IMG/VR virus record: IMGVR_UViG_3300042461_000028
Location: 1 to 48,101 of that record
Origin: a virus
Reading direction: 5' to 3' (one strand)
Length of the DNA: 48,101 nt
Of the stretch, positions 26,848 through 35,156 are shown piece by piece. Numbering within the stretch: the first letter of the stretch is position 1; each line of letters starts with the position of its first letter. The notes under the pieces were generated by a model that saw only the letters and a program-made list of their open reading frames with translations, did not search any database and was not told where the DNA came from. The position numbers and the translations under genes are program-made.

Positions 26848-26884
26848 GGGTGTACTCCATGCCGCGCGTGGCGGCAGAAGGTGG

Positions 26885-27268
26885 TTATTCGGGTTTGGCG
26901 GGGAACCACTCGTTGTCGTATTCGAACTGGGTCACCAGCTCAGGCGTGAGGCTCGGCAACTGGCGCTCGAAGACCAGGTAACCAAAGGGTTTTTCGATCC
27001 AATCCGGAGCAAGCTTCATGAACTCGCCCTTGTAGATTCGCAGCAAGTGGTCCGCTGCCTTTTCGAATTCCTCCTCGCGATAATTGCCATCGCAGGTAAT
27101 GCCATTGCTGACGCGCCAGACGGTGCGCTTTGGCTGGGCCTGGGCGGTCTTGATCTTCTGGTCCATCTGGTCGCGGGCATAAACGAGTTGATCCAGGGTC
27201 AGCGTGGCGACCCAATCGTCGGTACTGACGTGCTGTTCATGGCCGAGGTAGCACTTGATTGCGGGCAT
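26885..27268 (-). CDS. hypothetical early protein (127 aa)
   Basis: ATG 27268 with GAGG 7 nt upstream; high third-position GC. Confidence 0.55.
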   Translation of the reverse strand: MPAIKCYLGHEQHVSTDDWVATLTLDQLVYARDQMDQKIKTAQAQPKRTVWRVSNGITCDGNYREEEFEKAADHLLRIYKGEFMKLAPDWIEKPFGYLVFERQLPSLTPELVTQFEYDNEWFPAKPE

Positions 27269-27316
27269 ACGAATACCTCGCCCGCCGTTCACCGGCAGGC
27301 TGTAGGGGGATTGGGT

Positions 27317-27775
27317 TTAGGTTTTTTTGGTGGAATTGCGCTTTCTGGCTGCAATTACCAATGACTTCGATGTCTTGGCCACGCCGCCGACAACGTCTTC
27401 AGGAAGGATGGCGGTCATGCAGTGAGGGCAGAGGGGTGCCATCTTCGTACTACGCCAAGCGTCGTCCATCACCTTCGCGGCTCGGCTTCGGATCTGAAAT
27501 GATTCAGCTTCTGCCAGCTCGCGGCGCCGAGTATTCAACTTGCTCATGCCGGCGCTGAAAACCTCCACTATTCCAACGAAGGCATCAAAAGCTTCAACTT
27601 CGGCTTCGCAGTCTTGACACCAGACGCGCCGCTCCCCTTGGTCATAAACCAACTGTTTGTGTCGACAGGAGGATGCAGGGCGCCGCGTTAATCCTCTGGC
27701 TACGCGTAGGTCTTCGATCTGAACGACCTTCACGCCGTAGATGTAATCCTGCGGTTCGATGGGGGCATCACTCAT
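27317..27775 (-). CDS. hypothetical protein with two CxxC pairs (zinc-ribbon-like)
   Basis: 152 aa; CQDCEAE… and CPHCMTA…; basic C-terminus. Confidence 0.55.
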   Translation of the reverse strand: MSDAPIEPQDYIYGVKVVQIEDLRVARGLTRRPASSCRHKQLVYDQGERRVWCQDCEAEVEAFDAFVGIVEVFSAGMSKLNTRRRELAEAESFQIRSRAAKVMDDAWRSTKMAPLCPHCMTAILPEDVVGGVAKTSKSLVIAARKRNSTKKT

Positions 27776-27824
27776 GGCCTGGGCCCTCGATACACCAGCA
27801 AGGCCATGTAGAGCAGGGGGAGGA

Positions 27825-28046
27825 TCATGGCGTCACCTGTTCGCATCCGCACCGCGCCGGGTGGGCTTGGGGTTGTTGGCAGGCCTGCACATTCGCCTGA
27901 CGGTTGATTGCCGACAACGCAGCGTCCAGCCGGGTTACTGCTTTGTGCCTGGTCAGGCATGTGACGCTGACGATGGTGATGCTCGAACCGCCGCGAGCAG
28001 TCCATGACCCGTCCGGGTTTCGCTGAACTTCAATTACATGACTCAT
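27825..28046 (-). CDS. hypothetical small protein (73 aa)
   Basis: ATG 28046 overlaps the stop of the upstream mini-ORF (ATGA). MSHVIEVQRNPDGSWTARGG…. Confidence 0.4.
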   Translation of the reverse strand: MSHVIEVQRNPDGSWTARGGSSITIVSVTCLTRHKAVTRLDAALSAINRQANVQACQQPQAHPARCGCEQVTP

Positions 28047-28120
28047 GACATCACCAATGCAGCAGAGAGGATGAGAAGGCCCCACAGGATTGCGCTGAGG
28101 GCCATGGCTTTGGGGATCAT
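28043..28120 (-). CDS. 25-aa hydrophobic mini-protein
   Basis: MIPKAMALSAILWGLLILSAALVMS. Start overlaps the stop of 28117..28512 and stop overlaps the start of 27825..28046 (ATGA at both ends). Confidence 0.35.
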   Translation of the reverse strand: MIPKAMALSAILWGLLILSAALVMS

Positions 28121-28512
28121 GGGGTTACCTCGGCGTTGTTAGTGCGGACTATGTAGCCGTCTGGTGCAGAGTTATCTTTGACGAGCGCTTCGACCGGGCC
28201 TATCTGCCGAAGAACCTCAGCTATGCCTTGCGGGTTCGCTGCTTGTGCCCAGGACAGGCAGTTGAGCCAAATGTCTTCGCCGGTGCCAGACGATCCGTTA
28301 TTCGAGTAGTGGCTGCAGCTTTCAGCCTCATCCTTGGCGCGCTTCAAATACTCCAGAGTGTTGCAGCAGGGGCATGGGTTATCAGTCTCGTCTGGGTCCC
28401 ATCCGTCGTAGTCGGCATCCCAGAGGTAACCGTCACCACGACACTCCCAGGTCCCTCGTTGAAATTGGCACGCCAAAGCAGGCGGACCTTCTCGACCCAA
28501 GTTCTTTTTCAT
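28117..28512 (-). CDS. hypothetical Cys-rich protein (131 aa)
   Basis: High third-position GC; …NPCPCCNTLEYL…. Confidence 0.55.
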   Translation of the reverse strand: MKKNLGREGPPALACQFQRGTWECRGDGYLWDADYDGWDPDETDNPCPCCNTLEYLKRAKDEAESCSHYSNNGSSGTGEDIWLNCLSWAQAANPQGIAEVLRQIGPVEALVKDNSAPDGYIVRTNNAEVTP

Positions 28513-28564
28513 CGGGCAATACCTGTCCTTGCCGCTATAGCGGCTGACTTTGAAGGGGGAGGGG

Positions 28565-29503
28565 TTACTGCTGTTTCGTTATGTGAGCGTGAGCACGTGC
28601 GGCATTCATTTCAGCATCGGTTGCCTTGCGCCCCGATACCCATTTCCCATCAGGATGGCGCTTGAATGTCCACCCGAAGTGCCTATTTTCAGGATCGATC
28701 ATGACGGCGTACTCTCCACCAATCGTTTCGATCATGCCCTTGATGGGGGCTGGCGCGGATTGGTGGGCGACCGGCTCGTAACAGCAATCCTCGCATATCA
28801 TTTTTCCGCATGCCGTTTCCGCCCCGCACCGGCCGCATTTGGTTTCCGGTGGAGCGGTCCTCAACAGCAGGGACTTCGTTTCCGAGACAAGTTGCTCAGC
28901 ACGGCCTGTGGGATTCTGAATTACCCAGCTCCGCAGCAACTCCCGCGCCTTGGTCAGCTCGGCTTGCAGGGCGTCACGTTCCATCTGCCATTTAGCCCGG
29001 TCCTGGTCGTAGTTGTAATCTGATTGAGCGACCATCAAGTCTAGGCGCTTGTTCTCAGCCTGGAGCCGGGTGACTTGGGTGCGCAGTTCAATGCCGTTTT
29101 CCAAAAACCATACGGCGGCTTCCATGTTGTTATCGCAGAAATCGCCATCCCCTTCGAGGTAGCCGTCTGGCTGATCGTCGTCGTAGAGACGGCGTTCGTT
29201 GAAAGTCAGTGTGCTGAACTGAGCCAGCACTTCCACCTCCACGCCAGCAGGCGGCACAGGCTCAGCCAGGGCTGTACCAGTCATGCGCCGTTCGATGGCC
29301 GCCCACGTCGGTTCATACTCCGGCCAATCGCTTTCGATGACTAGGCATTCTCGGTGAGGGAGGTGAGTTCGCAGCCAGCTCAGTGGTTCGATCAGCGCAT
29401 TTCGGTAAATTGCCGGCACTTTTTCCAAGTCTTTGCGCTTAAGCACGATGTAGCGGTTCTCGCGCTTGAATTCCCGCGACAGGGTTACGGTTTTATTCTT
29501 CAT
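28565..29503 (-). CDS. hypothetical early protein (312 aa), Ea22-like mosaic type
   Basis: Central coiled coil (QVTRLQAENKRLDLMVAQ…), CGRCGAETACGKMICEDCC cluster. ATGA-coupled upstream. Confidence 0.6.
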   Translation of the reverse strand: MKNKTVTLSREFKRENRYIVLKRKDLEKVPAIYRNALIEPLSWLRTHLPHRECLVIESDWPEYEPTWAAIERRMTGTALAEPVPPAGVEVEVLAQFSTLTFNERRLYDDDQPDGYLEGDGDFCDNNMEAAVWFLENGIELRTQVTRLQAENKRLDLMVAQSDYNYDQDRAKWQMERDALQAELTKARELLRSWVIQNPTGRAEQLVSETKSLLLRTAPPETKCGRCGAETACGKMICEDCCYEPVAHQSAPAPIKGMIETIGGEYAVMIDPENRHFGWTFKRHPDGKWVSGRKATDAEMNAARAHAHITKQQ

Positions 29504-29727
29504 GGCTTCACCCGATCAGATAGAAAGTCAGCCCCCGCTTGAGTGATCACCCATTTCTCGCTCCGGTAAATGGAGCCGGGGATCTCTGACCACTCGATAT
29601 CCGCCAAGCCACGCCGCTTCAGGGCGTTCATGGTTGGGTTGGTGCAAGAGCCGTAGTAGCCGTCAGGCTTCCGCCCCAGGTTTCGGAGGGTGTCGAGCTG
29701 CCTGTAGGAGAGGGTTTCACTCTTCAT
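29500..29727 (-). CDS. hypothetical small protein (75 aa)
   Basis: ATG 29727 (GAGG 9 nt upstream) inside ORF 29500..29811. Start choice uncertain. Confidence 0.45.
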   Translation of the reverse strand: MKSETLSYRQLDTLRNLGRKPDGYYGSCTNPTMNALKRRGLADIEWSEIPGSIYRSEKWVITQAGADFLSDRVKP

Positions 29728-30217
29728 GGCTTGCTGCCTCGGCGGTGGGGTTGAGGGCGGCCAAGTCACGAATGCAGTCTTCATGATGTTCGGTATTTCC
29801 AACGGCTGCATGCGCCTGGATTGTCAGAGATCGGGCGATTTCCAATAGATCCTCAACCCGCCGCTCTGCCGCCTGGCACGCCTGCTGCTCTGCATGGCGC
29901 CGCTGTTCCAGGTCGTGGTTCGCTTCGTCGCGCTGGTTGAGCAGTTCTTGCAGGGCGTTGATCTTCACCTGCTGCGTGTTCCAGGCCAGGGCGGCGTTAT
30001 CGCATTCTTCCGGGTCGACCTGATCGCAGTGCGGGCAGCGCGCGTCGTCATAGTCACCGGTGTCAGCTATTTGCCCGCCGCCAAGGCAATGGAAGCTGGG
30101 GTATACCTCGCCACATCCCTGGCACTCGACTACGAACGGGCCGCCGGTGTTGTCGTGGGTGACCAAGCCCAATGCCTTGCGCTTCGGGATGCTGTTGCAG
30201 TGTGCTTCACTCATCAC
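29717..30217 (-). CDS. hypothetical protein with CxxC pairs and coiled coil (166 aa)
   Basis: ECQGCGEV…CPHCDQ… then a helical region. High third-position GC. Confidence 0.55.
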   Translation of the reverse strand: MMSEAHCNSIPKRKALGLVTHDNTGGPFVVECQGCGEVYPSFHCLGGGQIADTGDYDDARCPHCDQVDPEECDNAALAWNTQQVKINALQELLNQRDEANHDLEQRRHAEQQACQAAERRVEDLLEIARSLTIQAHAAVGNTEHHEDCIRDLAALNPTAEAASHEE

Positions 30218-30339
30218 AACCTCCGGCCTTTATAGGCAGCGGGCATAAACAGATATTGGCCTCGGTCATCTTTAATAACCGTCCACTCAGCATTGGTCAG
30301 GCGGGCCATAAGCTCGCTGAATCGGTATTGGCGGATCAT
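30214..30339 (-). CDS. hypothetical mini-protein (41 aa)
   Basis: ATG 30339 with GAGGA upstream; MIRQYRFSELMARLTNAEWTVIKDDRGQYLFMPAAYKGRRL. Stop overlaps the next start. Below the ORF-track cut-off. Confidence 0.4.
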   Translation of the reverse strand: MIRQYRFSELMARLTNAEWTVIKDDRGQYLFMPAAYKGRRL

Positions 30340-30409
30340 GGGGAGTCCTCGCCGGTTGGCGTGATTCGAGTTTGTGGGCTATTGGTTGATGGCCCGGCAT
30401 GGGGCCGGG

Positions 30410-31500
30410 TCAGGCGGCTGGCGCGGCGTCGTGGAAAACGTCCATCTGTGCTGCACCGTCGAGCCAGGCAGCGGCGATGCGCCGTTCTGCCATGGCGGCG
30501 TATTCGGGATTCAGCTCACACAGGATCGACTTGCGCCCCTCCTGCATGGCGACCACCGCAGTGGTACCAGCACCACCGAACGGGTCCAGCACGATGCCAC
30601 CGCGCGGAGCCCCGGCCAGGATGCAGGGACGAATCAGCTCGGGCGGGAAGGTAGCGAAGTGGGCACCTTTGAATCCTTGCGTCGGTACGGTCCATACGCT
30701 GCGCTTGTTCCGCGTATCCAATGGATATGCGCTCTCTTCACGATCGGGGCGGTGAGTGCCGGCCGTTTGCCCGGGTATCGCCTGCTCCCGCTTTGAATCC
30801 TCCCGCTTGAAGCTGTCTCGCTTGCTTCGCACCGCTTTCATTGGGCCATTTGCCTTTCCAGGCACGCGATCGCTACCCAGCTGATGCTCGAGATCCTGAG
30901 CCAGTCGCGTGATCGAGCTAAGGGCCACCGGCTCCCTGATCGCATCCTGGTCGTAGTAATAGCGAGGAGACTTGCTCAACAGGAACAGGTATTCATGTGA
31001 CTTGGTGCAGCGGTCCCTGGTCGACTCGGGCATTGGGTTCGGCTTGTGCCAGATAATGTCCTGACGCAGATACCAGCCATCGTCCTGGAGAGCGAAGGCC
31101 AGACGCCACGGGATGCCCATCAGATCCTTCTGTTTAAGGCCAGTCGGCGGAGACCGCCGCTTACCGCGTAACACAGCCCCCCGCGTGGACTGGGAAACCA
31201 TGTCGTGCTTGCCTGCCGATCCGCCTGGAGCATACCCGCCGGCGATAGAGGCGTATGTGTCGCCCATGTTGACCCAGGCCGTACCGTCATCGCGCAGCAC
31301 CCGGCGGACCTCCCGGAAAACCATCACCAGCGAGCTACAAATTCGACCGGCGTCTCCTCCAGGCCGATCTGTTCGGCCATGCCGTAATCCCGCAACCCGA
31401 AGTAGGGCGGGCTGGTGACACAGCACTGCACTGACTGGTCGGGCAAGGCCCGCATCATATCGATGCAGTCGCCGACCAGTATTTGGTGGGAAGGGGTCAT
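30410..31500 (-). pseudogene. beta-class DNA methyltransferase (N6_N4_Mtase type, SPPY motif) split by a frameshift at ~31324
   Basis: 31500..31324 encodes MTPSHQILVGDC…VTSPPYFGLRDYG…EFVARW*. The next frame continues (M)VFREVRRVLRDDGTAWVNMGD…DPFGGAGTTAVVA… to 30410. The junction reads gctggTGATGgtt. Confidence 0.8.
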
Positions 31501-31558
31501 GTTTGATTTCCAGTCAGGCGCCGCCCTCCGTGACCGGATGCGCAGCATGGGGTAGGGG

Positions 31559-31786
31559 TTATTCGTCGTGACAGATGCGCAAGGCTTCGCGCTGGTAGGC
31601 CAGCTCAAGTTTTGCGCGACACGTTTCGGATATGCGTATTTCGTGTCGCGGGATTGACAGCAGGGGTAGGGCGCCACCCGGTCCCAGGCCATGCAGGTGA
31701 TGAATCATCAGCGTGATTGCCTCGCCCTGTTCCTCGATTCCGGCCCAGGCCATCAGCTCAGCCAATGCCTGGCGGGTGCCGGCCAT
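31559..31786 (-). CDS. hypothetical small protein (75 aa)
   Basis: High third-position GC. The nearest SD-like AGGAG is 15 nt from the ATG. See the tandem-repeat finding. Confidence 0.5.
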   Translation of the reverse strand: MAGTRQALAELMAWAGIEEQGEAITLMIHHLHGLGPGGALPLLSIPRHEIRISETCRAKLELAYQREALRICHDE

Positions 31787-31806
31787 GGCGTGAAACCTGA
31801 TCTCCT

Positions 31807-31861
31807 CTTCGCCGCGGCTCTTTCGCTTCGCCGCGGCTCTTTCGCTTCGCCGCGGTCTTCG
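31807..31861. repeat. 19-bp tandem repeat, 2 full units plus a 17-nt variant
   Basis: cttcgccgcggctctttcg at 31807-31825 and 31826-31844; cttcgccgcggtcttcg at 31845-31861. Confidence 0.9.
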
Positions 31862-31892
31862 CTGAGCGTTCTTTCTGAGCTGCAGCCATGCG

Positions 31893-32519
31893 TCACCCCT
31901 GCTTTTTCTTGTCGAAACAGGCCGGCTCTGGCCCTTTCCTGGCCTTTGGATAGTCGATGCCGAACTTGTCCAACAAGTGGTTGAAGGTCTTGAAGGTGAC
32001 GCCGAGCTGGCTCATGGCCTGGTAGCGGGAAAGCCCGATTTCCTTGAAGGCCCTGATGCGCTCGGCTCGGTTGATGTCGTCTGCCTCAGAAGGGCGGCGT
32101 GGGCGACGGTTGTTGATGGCCGGCTGAAACGTGAACCCATTCTCCGCGGCGATCTTCTGCAAGCTCCGCCGGGACATACCCAGGCGCAATATGGCCTGGG
32201 CATAGGTCATGGTCTCGGCCATGGTGCGGACGCGCTGGATCAGTTCTATGCGATCCTTCGCCCGCTGCTCGGCGCGCTCTTCACGCTCGATATCCCGCTG
32301 CGCCATCTTGTCGAGCCATACCGGGGTTTCTTGTTTGGCCTTGGCCTTCGGCTTCACCTTCCTGGGTGGCGGCTCATGCCTTGGGGGTGGTGGCTCGAAG
32401 CTCGGGCTTGGAAGGACCGCAATAGTCCCTCCCTTGCTCAAGAAAGCCTCCTGGAGCAGGGCCAGTTCGTGGCGCCGAGGGTCGAGCATTTGAATCATGC
32501 TGAGTTCGGTACTGATCAT
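31893..32519 (-). CDS. putative DNA-binding protein with two HTH-like repeats (208 aa)
   Basis: Pro-rich/basic linker (PPPPRHEPPPRKVKPKAKAK). Repeated segments TYAQAILRLGMSRRSLQKIAAENGF and SRYQAMSQLGVTFKTFNHLLDKFGI. Confidence 0.55.
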   Translation of the reverse strand: MISTELSMIQMLDPRRHELALLQEAFLSKGGTIAVLPSPSFEPPPPRHEPPPRKVKPKAKAKQETPVWLDKMAQRDIEREERAEQRAKDRIELIQRVRTMAETMTYAQAILRLGMSRRSLQKIAAENGFTFQPAINNRRPRRPSEADDINRAERIRAFKEIGLSRYQAMSQLGVTFKTFNHLLDKFGIDYPKARKGPEPACFDKKKQG

Positions 32520-32526
32520 GGTGACC

Positions 32527-33024
32527 TCACTTGATGCTGATCGAGCTTTTGCCGATCTCGATATGCGCCCCCGGCACTTCCTGACCGTCCTTGATTGCCT
32601 TGGAAATGGCGGCCTTGTCTGGCGCGCTGGTCACCTTGACGTTGACGAACTCATCAGGGATCGCTTTTTCGTCATCGATCACCACGATTGGCTTTCCCTT
32701 CCCGCAGGTGATGGTGAACAGCGGATGGGTGATTTTGGTGATGCCCGCTGCATCCATGTTCGTGCGCAGGTATTCCTTCAGGCTTTCCTTGCGGTTCGTG
32801 ATGATCCGCTTGCGCTCAGTCAGCCGGTCGATCTGCGACTGGATCGCTTCTAGGTCGCCGTCGATGTTCAGCGTGATCATTGCAATCGCCTTGCCCTTCT
32901 CCTGGAACTCGCCCTCGATGGCTTCCATGGTGTCGCGCAGGGCGACAGCCAAGTCCTCGTCGGCGGTCTCGGCCAGGGCGGAAAGCTCCTTGAACTGCTC
33001 GGTGATGGTATAGAGGGCGGTCAT
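32527..33024 (-). CDS. Siphovirus Gp157-like protein
   Basis: 165 aa; MTALYTITEQFKELSALAE…IDRLTERKRIITNRKESLKEYL…FTITCGKG… matches my recollection of Sipho_Gp157. Confidence 0.7.
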   Translation of the reverse strand: MTALYTITEQFKELSALAETADEDLAVALRDTMEAIEGEFQEKGKAIAMITLNIDGDLEAIQSQIDRLTERKRIITNRKESLKEYLRTNMDAAGITKITHPLFTITCGKGKPIVVIDDEKAIPDEFVNVKVTSAPDKAAISKAIKDGQEVPGAHIEIGKSSISIK

Positions 33025-33758
33025 GCTGCATTCTCCTTGCCCGGCTCAAGAACCGCTTTGCGCTCTTCAAAAGCACGGGTGATCCGGGCGATAAACTGCG
33101 GTTCGTTGCGTCGGGTCGCCTCGCGGATGTATTTGACGTTCAGCATCTTCAGCTCGTGGCCGGTCACGGCCTTGCCGATCGTTTCGACCGCCGAGTTGAG
33201 CCAATCAAGGCGTTCCTGTTTCTGGCGCAGGATCTCGGCGTCCTTGTCCACTGCTTGCTCAATGGCCTGTTCTTCCTTGAGCTGATCAACGTAGGTCTGA
33301 TCGTCGAACAGGCCCAGGAACACGTCAGCGCTGAAGCCGAGCATCGACAGGGCCTTCTTGATGGCGTCGGTGAGGGACTTCTTCGGCGCCTCGCCATCGG
33401 TGGTCATGCCGTAGCTGGTCTTGTACTGGTAGCGGGTGCAGCCGTACTGCTCGATCTCGCCGCGCTGGCCGTCCTGGGTGAACCAGAGGGCAATCTTGAG
33501 CGTATGACCGATTTCCCGGCCGATGCAGGAGCGCTTATCGCCCTCGCCAATGTAGATTTCGTGGCCCTCATCGAAGCGTTCCTCGATGATCTTCCAGCCC
33601 CAGCCGATGCCGACCGGGCCGAACAGCTCGGTAGCCTTCATCACCATCGCGGTCCCGCTGAGGCTGGTGATGTCTTGGCCGTTGACCTTGGCTTTTTTGG
33701 TGAACCGGGTGTCGGTCTTTTCGACCTGATCCCAAATCTGCATGTTTTTATCGGACAT
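33021..33758 (-). CDS. single-strand annealing protein, Rad52/Sak-like
   Basis: ATG 33758 with GGAGAA upstream. …APKKSLTDAIKKALSMLGFSADVFLGLFDD… resembles the Rad52-family K-x-A-x-TDA-x-KRAL-x-x-FG motif. Confidence 0.65.
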   Translation of the reverse strand: MSDKNMQIWDQVEKTDTRFTKKAKVNGQDITSLSGTAMVMKATELFGPVGIGWGWKIIEERFDEGHEIYIGEGDKRSCIGREIGHTLKIALWFTQDGQRGEIEQYGCTRYQYKTSYGMTTDGEAPKKSLTDAIKKALSMLGFSADVFLGLFDDQTYVDQLKEEQAIEQAVDKDAEILRQKQERLDWLNSAVETIGKAVTGHELKMLNVKYIREATRRNEPQFIARITRAFEERKAVLEPGKENAA

Positions 33759-33811
33759 GACTGTTCTCCGCGCCACCGGAGAGGGGCGCTGTGAAGTTGT
33801 GGTGGTAGGTG

Positions 33812-34999
33812 TTAAAGCGGCTCGCCGGTCAGTTGCTCGCCCATCGAAACCAGCGCATCGAAAAGGAAGTTCTGCATGGCGTACGATTCATCGCGCAGCT
33901 TGTGGCGCAGATGAATGAACTCTTCAATGAGCGTGCCGCAGAGCATCTTCGTCCCCATCATGAGCGTGCGTTTGCTGATGAAGATTCGCTCGTTGTGAGC
34001 GCGCCCCAGCACCTCTTCCCCCAGAAACTCGGTAACGATGATGGGGTACTCGTCGACGCTGTAGCCGATGCGGCGGCAAAAGCTGATCGCTTTATCCATG
34101 CGCATCTGATCAACGCTGTTCAGCGGCATGTGTTCAACTTCGGCCAGGGAGTCGAGGAGGTTGCCGCGACATGCTGTTACTGCCGAATGGTTCAGATTTT
34201 TGGTGAATGTCTTCGCGAGAACTCGCACGACGGTCGAAAACTCTTCGCTTGGCGACGTGTTGGAGAAGTCGATCGATCGCTCATAGAGCCCATCGCCAGC
34301 TGTAACCACCTTGGATATCGCGTGCTTGTCTGTGAGTCGGCTCAGTCCTTGCCGGATGTAATGGTCGGCATAGAACGAATGTTTGATCGTCCGATCCTCA
34401 GTCAGATCGAGTGAAGACTTGATGTTGTATGTGTACAAGGATGGGTTGGAAAGCTTCAGAGCCCGGATGCCTTTGTAGAAAACAAATTCCGATGCTCCGG
34501 CGTGCACGTCCATCCCTTCCAGGGTATGCAGGGGCTCTGAACCGAGGATGATCTCGCTACGGTTGACCCAGGCGTCGTGGAACTCTTTGCTTTTTACGAT
34601 GATCAGAGTCTCATCTTCAGCAGGCTCCGGCTCCTTGTCCGTCACAAAGCATTCGCCTTGTTCGTCCAGGGTGTTGCAATACAGCTCACGAAAGGCCTGC
34701 CAGGTTTCCCAGGTCTTGCCGACCTCAGTGGTGAAGCCAAGGGCCTGGCCGTTCATTGTCACGAAGGTGAACTCGTCGACTCGGATCTTTTCCTGACGGG
34801 TGCCGAACTCCATCTTGTCCATGCCGGCATAAATGGTGATCGAGCCGCCATGGCGCAGGATGATGGAGATCGCGTACTTCAAGCCGGTGCCGAAGAACCC
34901 GATTGCGCCTTCGCCTTCTTTGGAGGAGACGCCGAAGGTAGTGATGCTTTTCGGGTCGATAACACCCTTGTTGCGAAAGGCTACGATTTTTTTAGACAT
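33812..34999 (-). CDS. 395-aa early protein of unknown family (glycine-rich GFFGTGLKYA loop)
   Basis: ATG 34999 with GGGAGA upstream. GC somewhat lower than neighbours. No motif I can assign with confidence. Confidence 0.7.
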   Translation of the reverse strand: MSKKIVAFRNKGVIDPKSITTFGVSSKEGEGAIGFFGTGLKYAISIILRHGGSITIYAGMDKMEFGTRQEKIRVDEFTFVTMNGQALGFTTEVGKTWETWQAFRELYCNTLDEQGECFVTDKEPEPAEDETLIIVKSKEFHDAWVNRSEIILGSEPLHTLEGMDVHAGASEFVFYKGIRALKLSNPSLYTYNIKSSLDLTEDRTIKHSFYADHYIRQGLSRLTDKHAISKVVTAGDGLYERSIDFSNTSPSEEFSTVVRVLAKTFTKNLNHSAVTACRGNLLDSLAEVEHMPLNSVDQMRMDKAISFCRRIGYSVDEYPIIVTEFLGEEVLGRAHNERIFISKRTLMMGTKMLCGTLIEEFIHLRHKLRDESYAMQNFLFDALVSMGEQLTGEPL

Positions 35000-35042
35000 G
35001 ACTGTCTCCCGCGCCATCCTTGCGGGGCGCCTTGAAATTGGT

Positions 35043-35156
35043 TTATTGAGTGATGTGGCCGGCGTAGGCGCTGGCGAGCATCCAGGCGGTGCACAACAGA
35101 AGGACGATTGCTGATCCGCGCCAGACGTATAGCCTGCGCAGGCGCTGCCGGGTCAT
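35043..35156 (-). CDS. 37-aa single-span membrane mini-protein
   Basis: MTRQRLRRLYVWRGSAIVLLLCTAWMLASAYAGHITQ. Start overlaps the upstream stop (ATGA). Confidence 0.4.
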   Translation of the reverse strand: MTRQRLRRLYVWRGSAIVLLLCTAWMLASAYAGHITQ

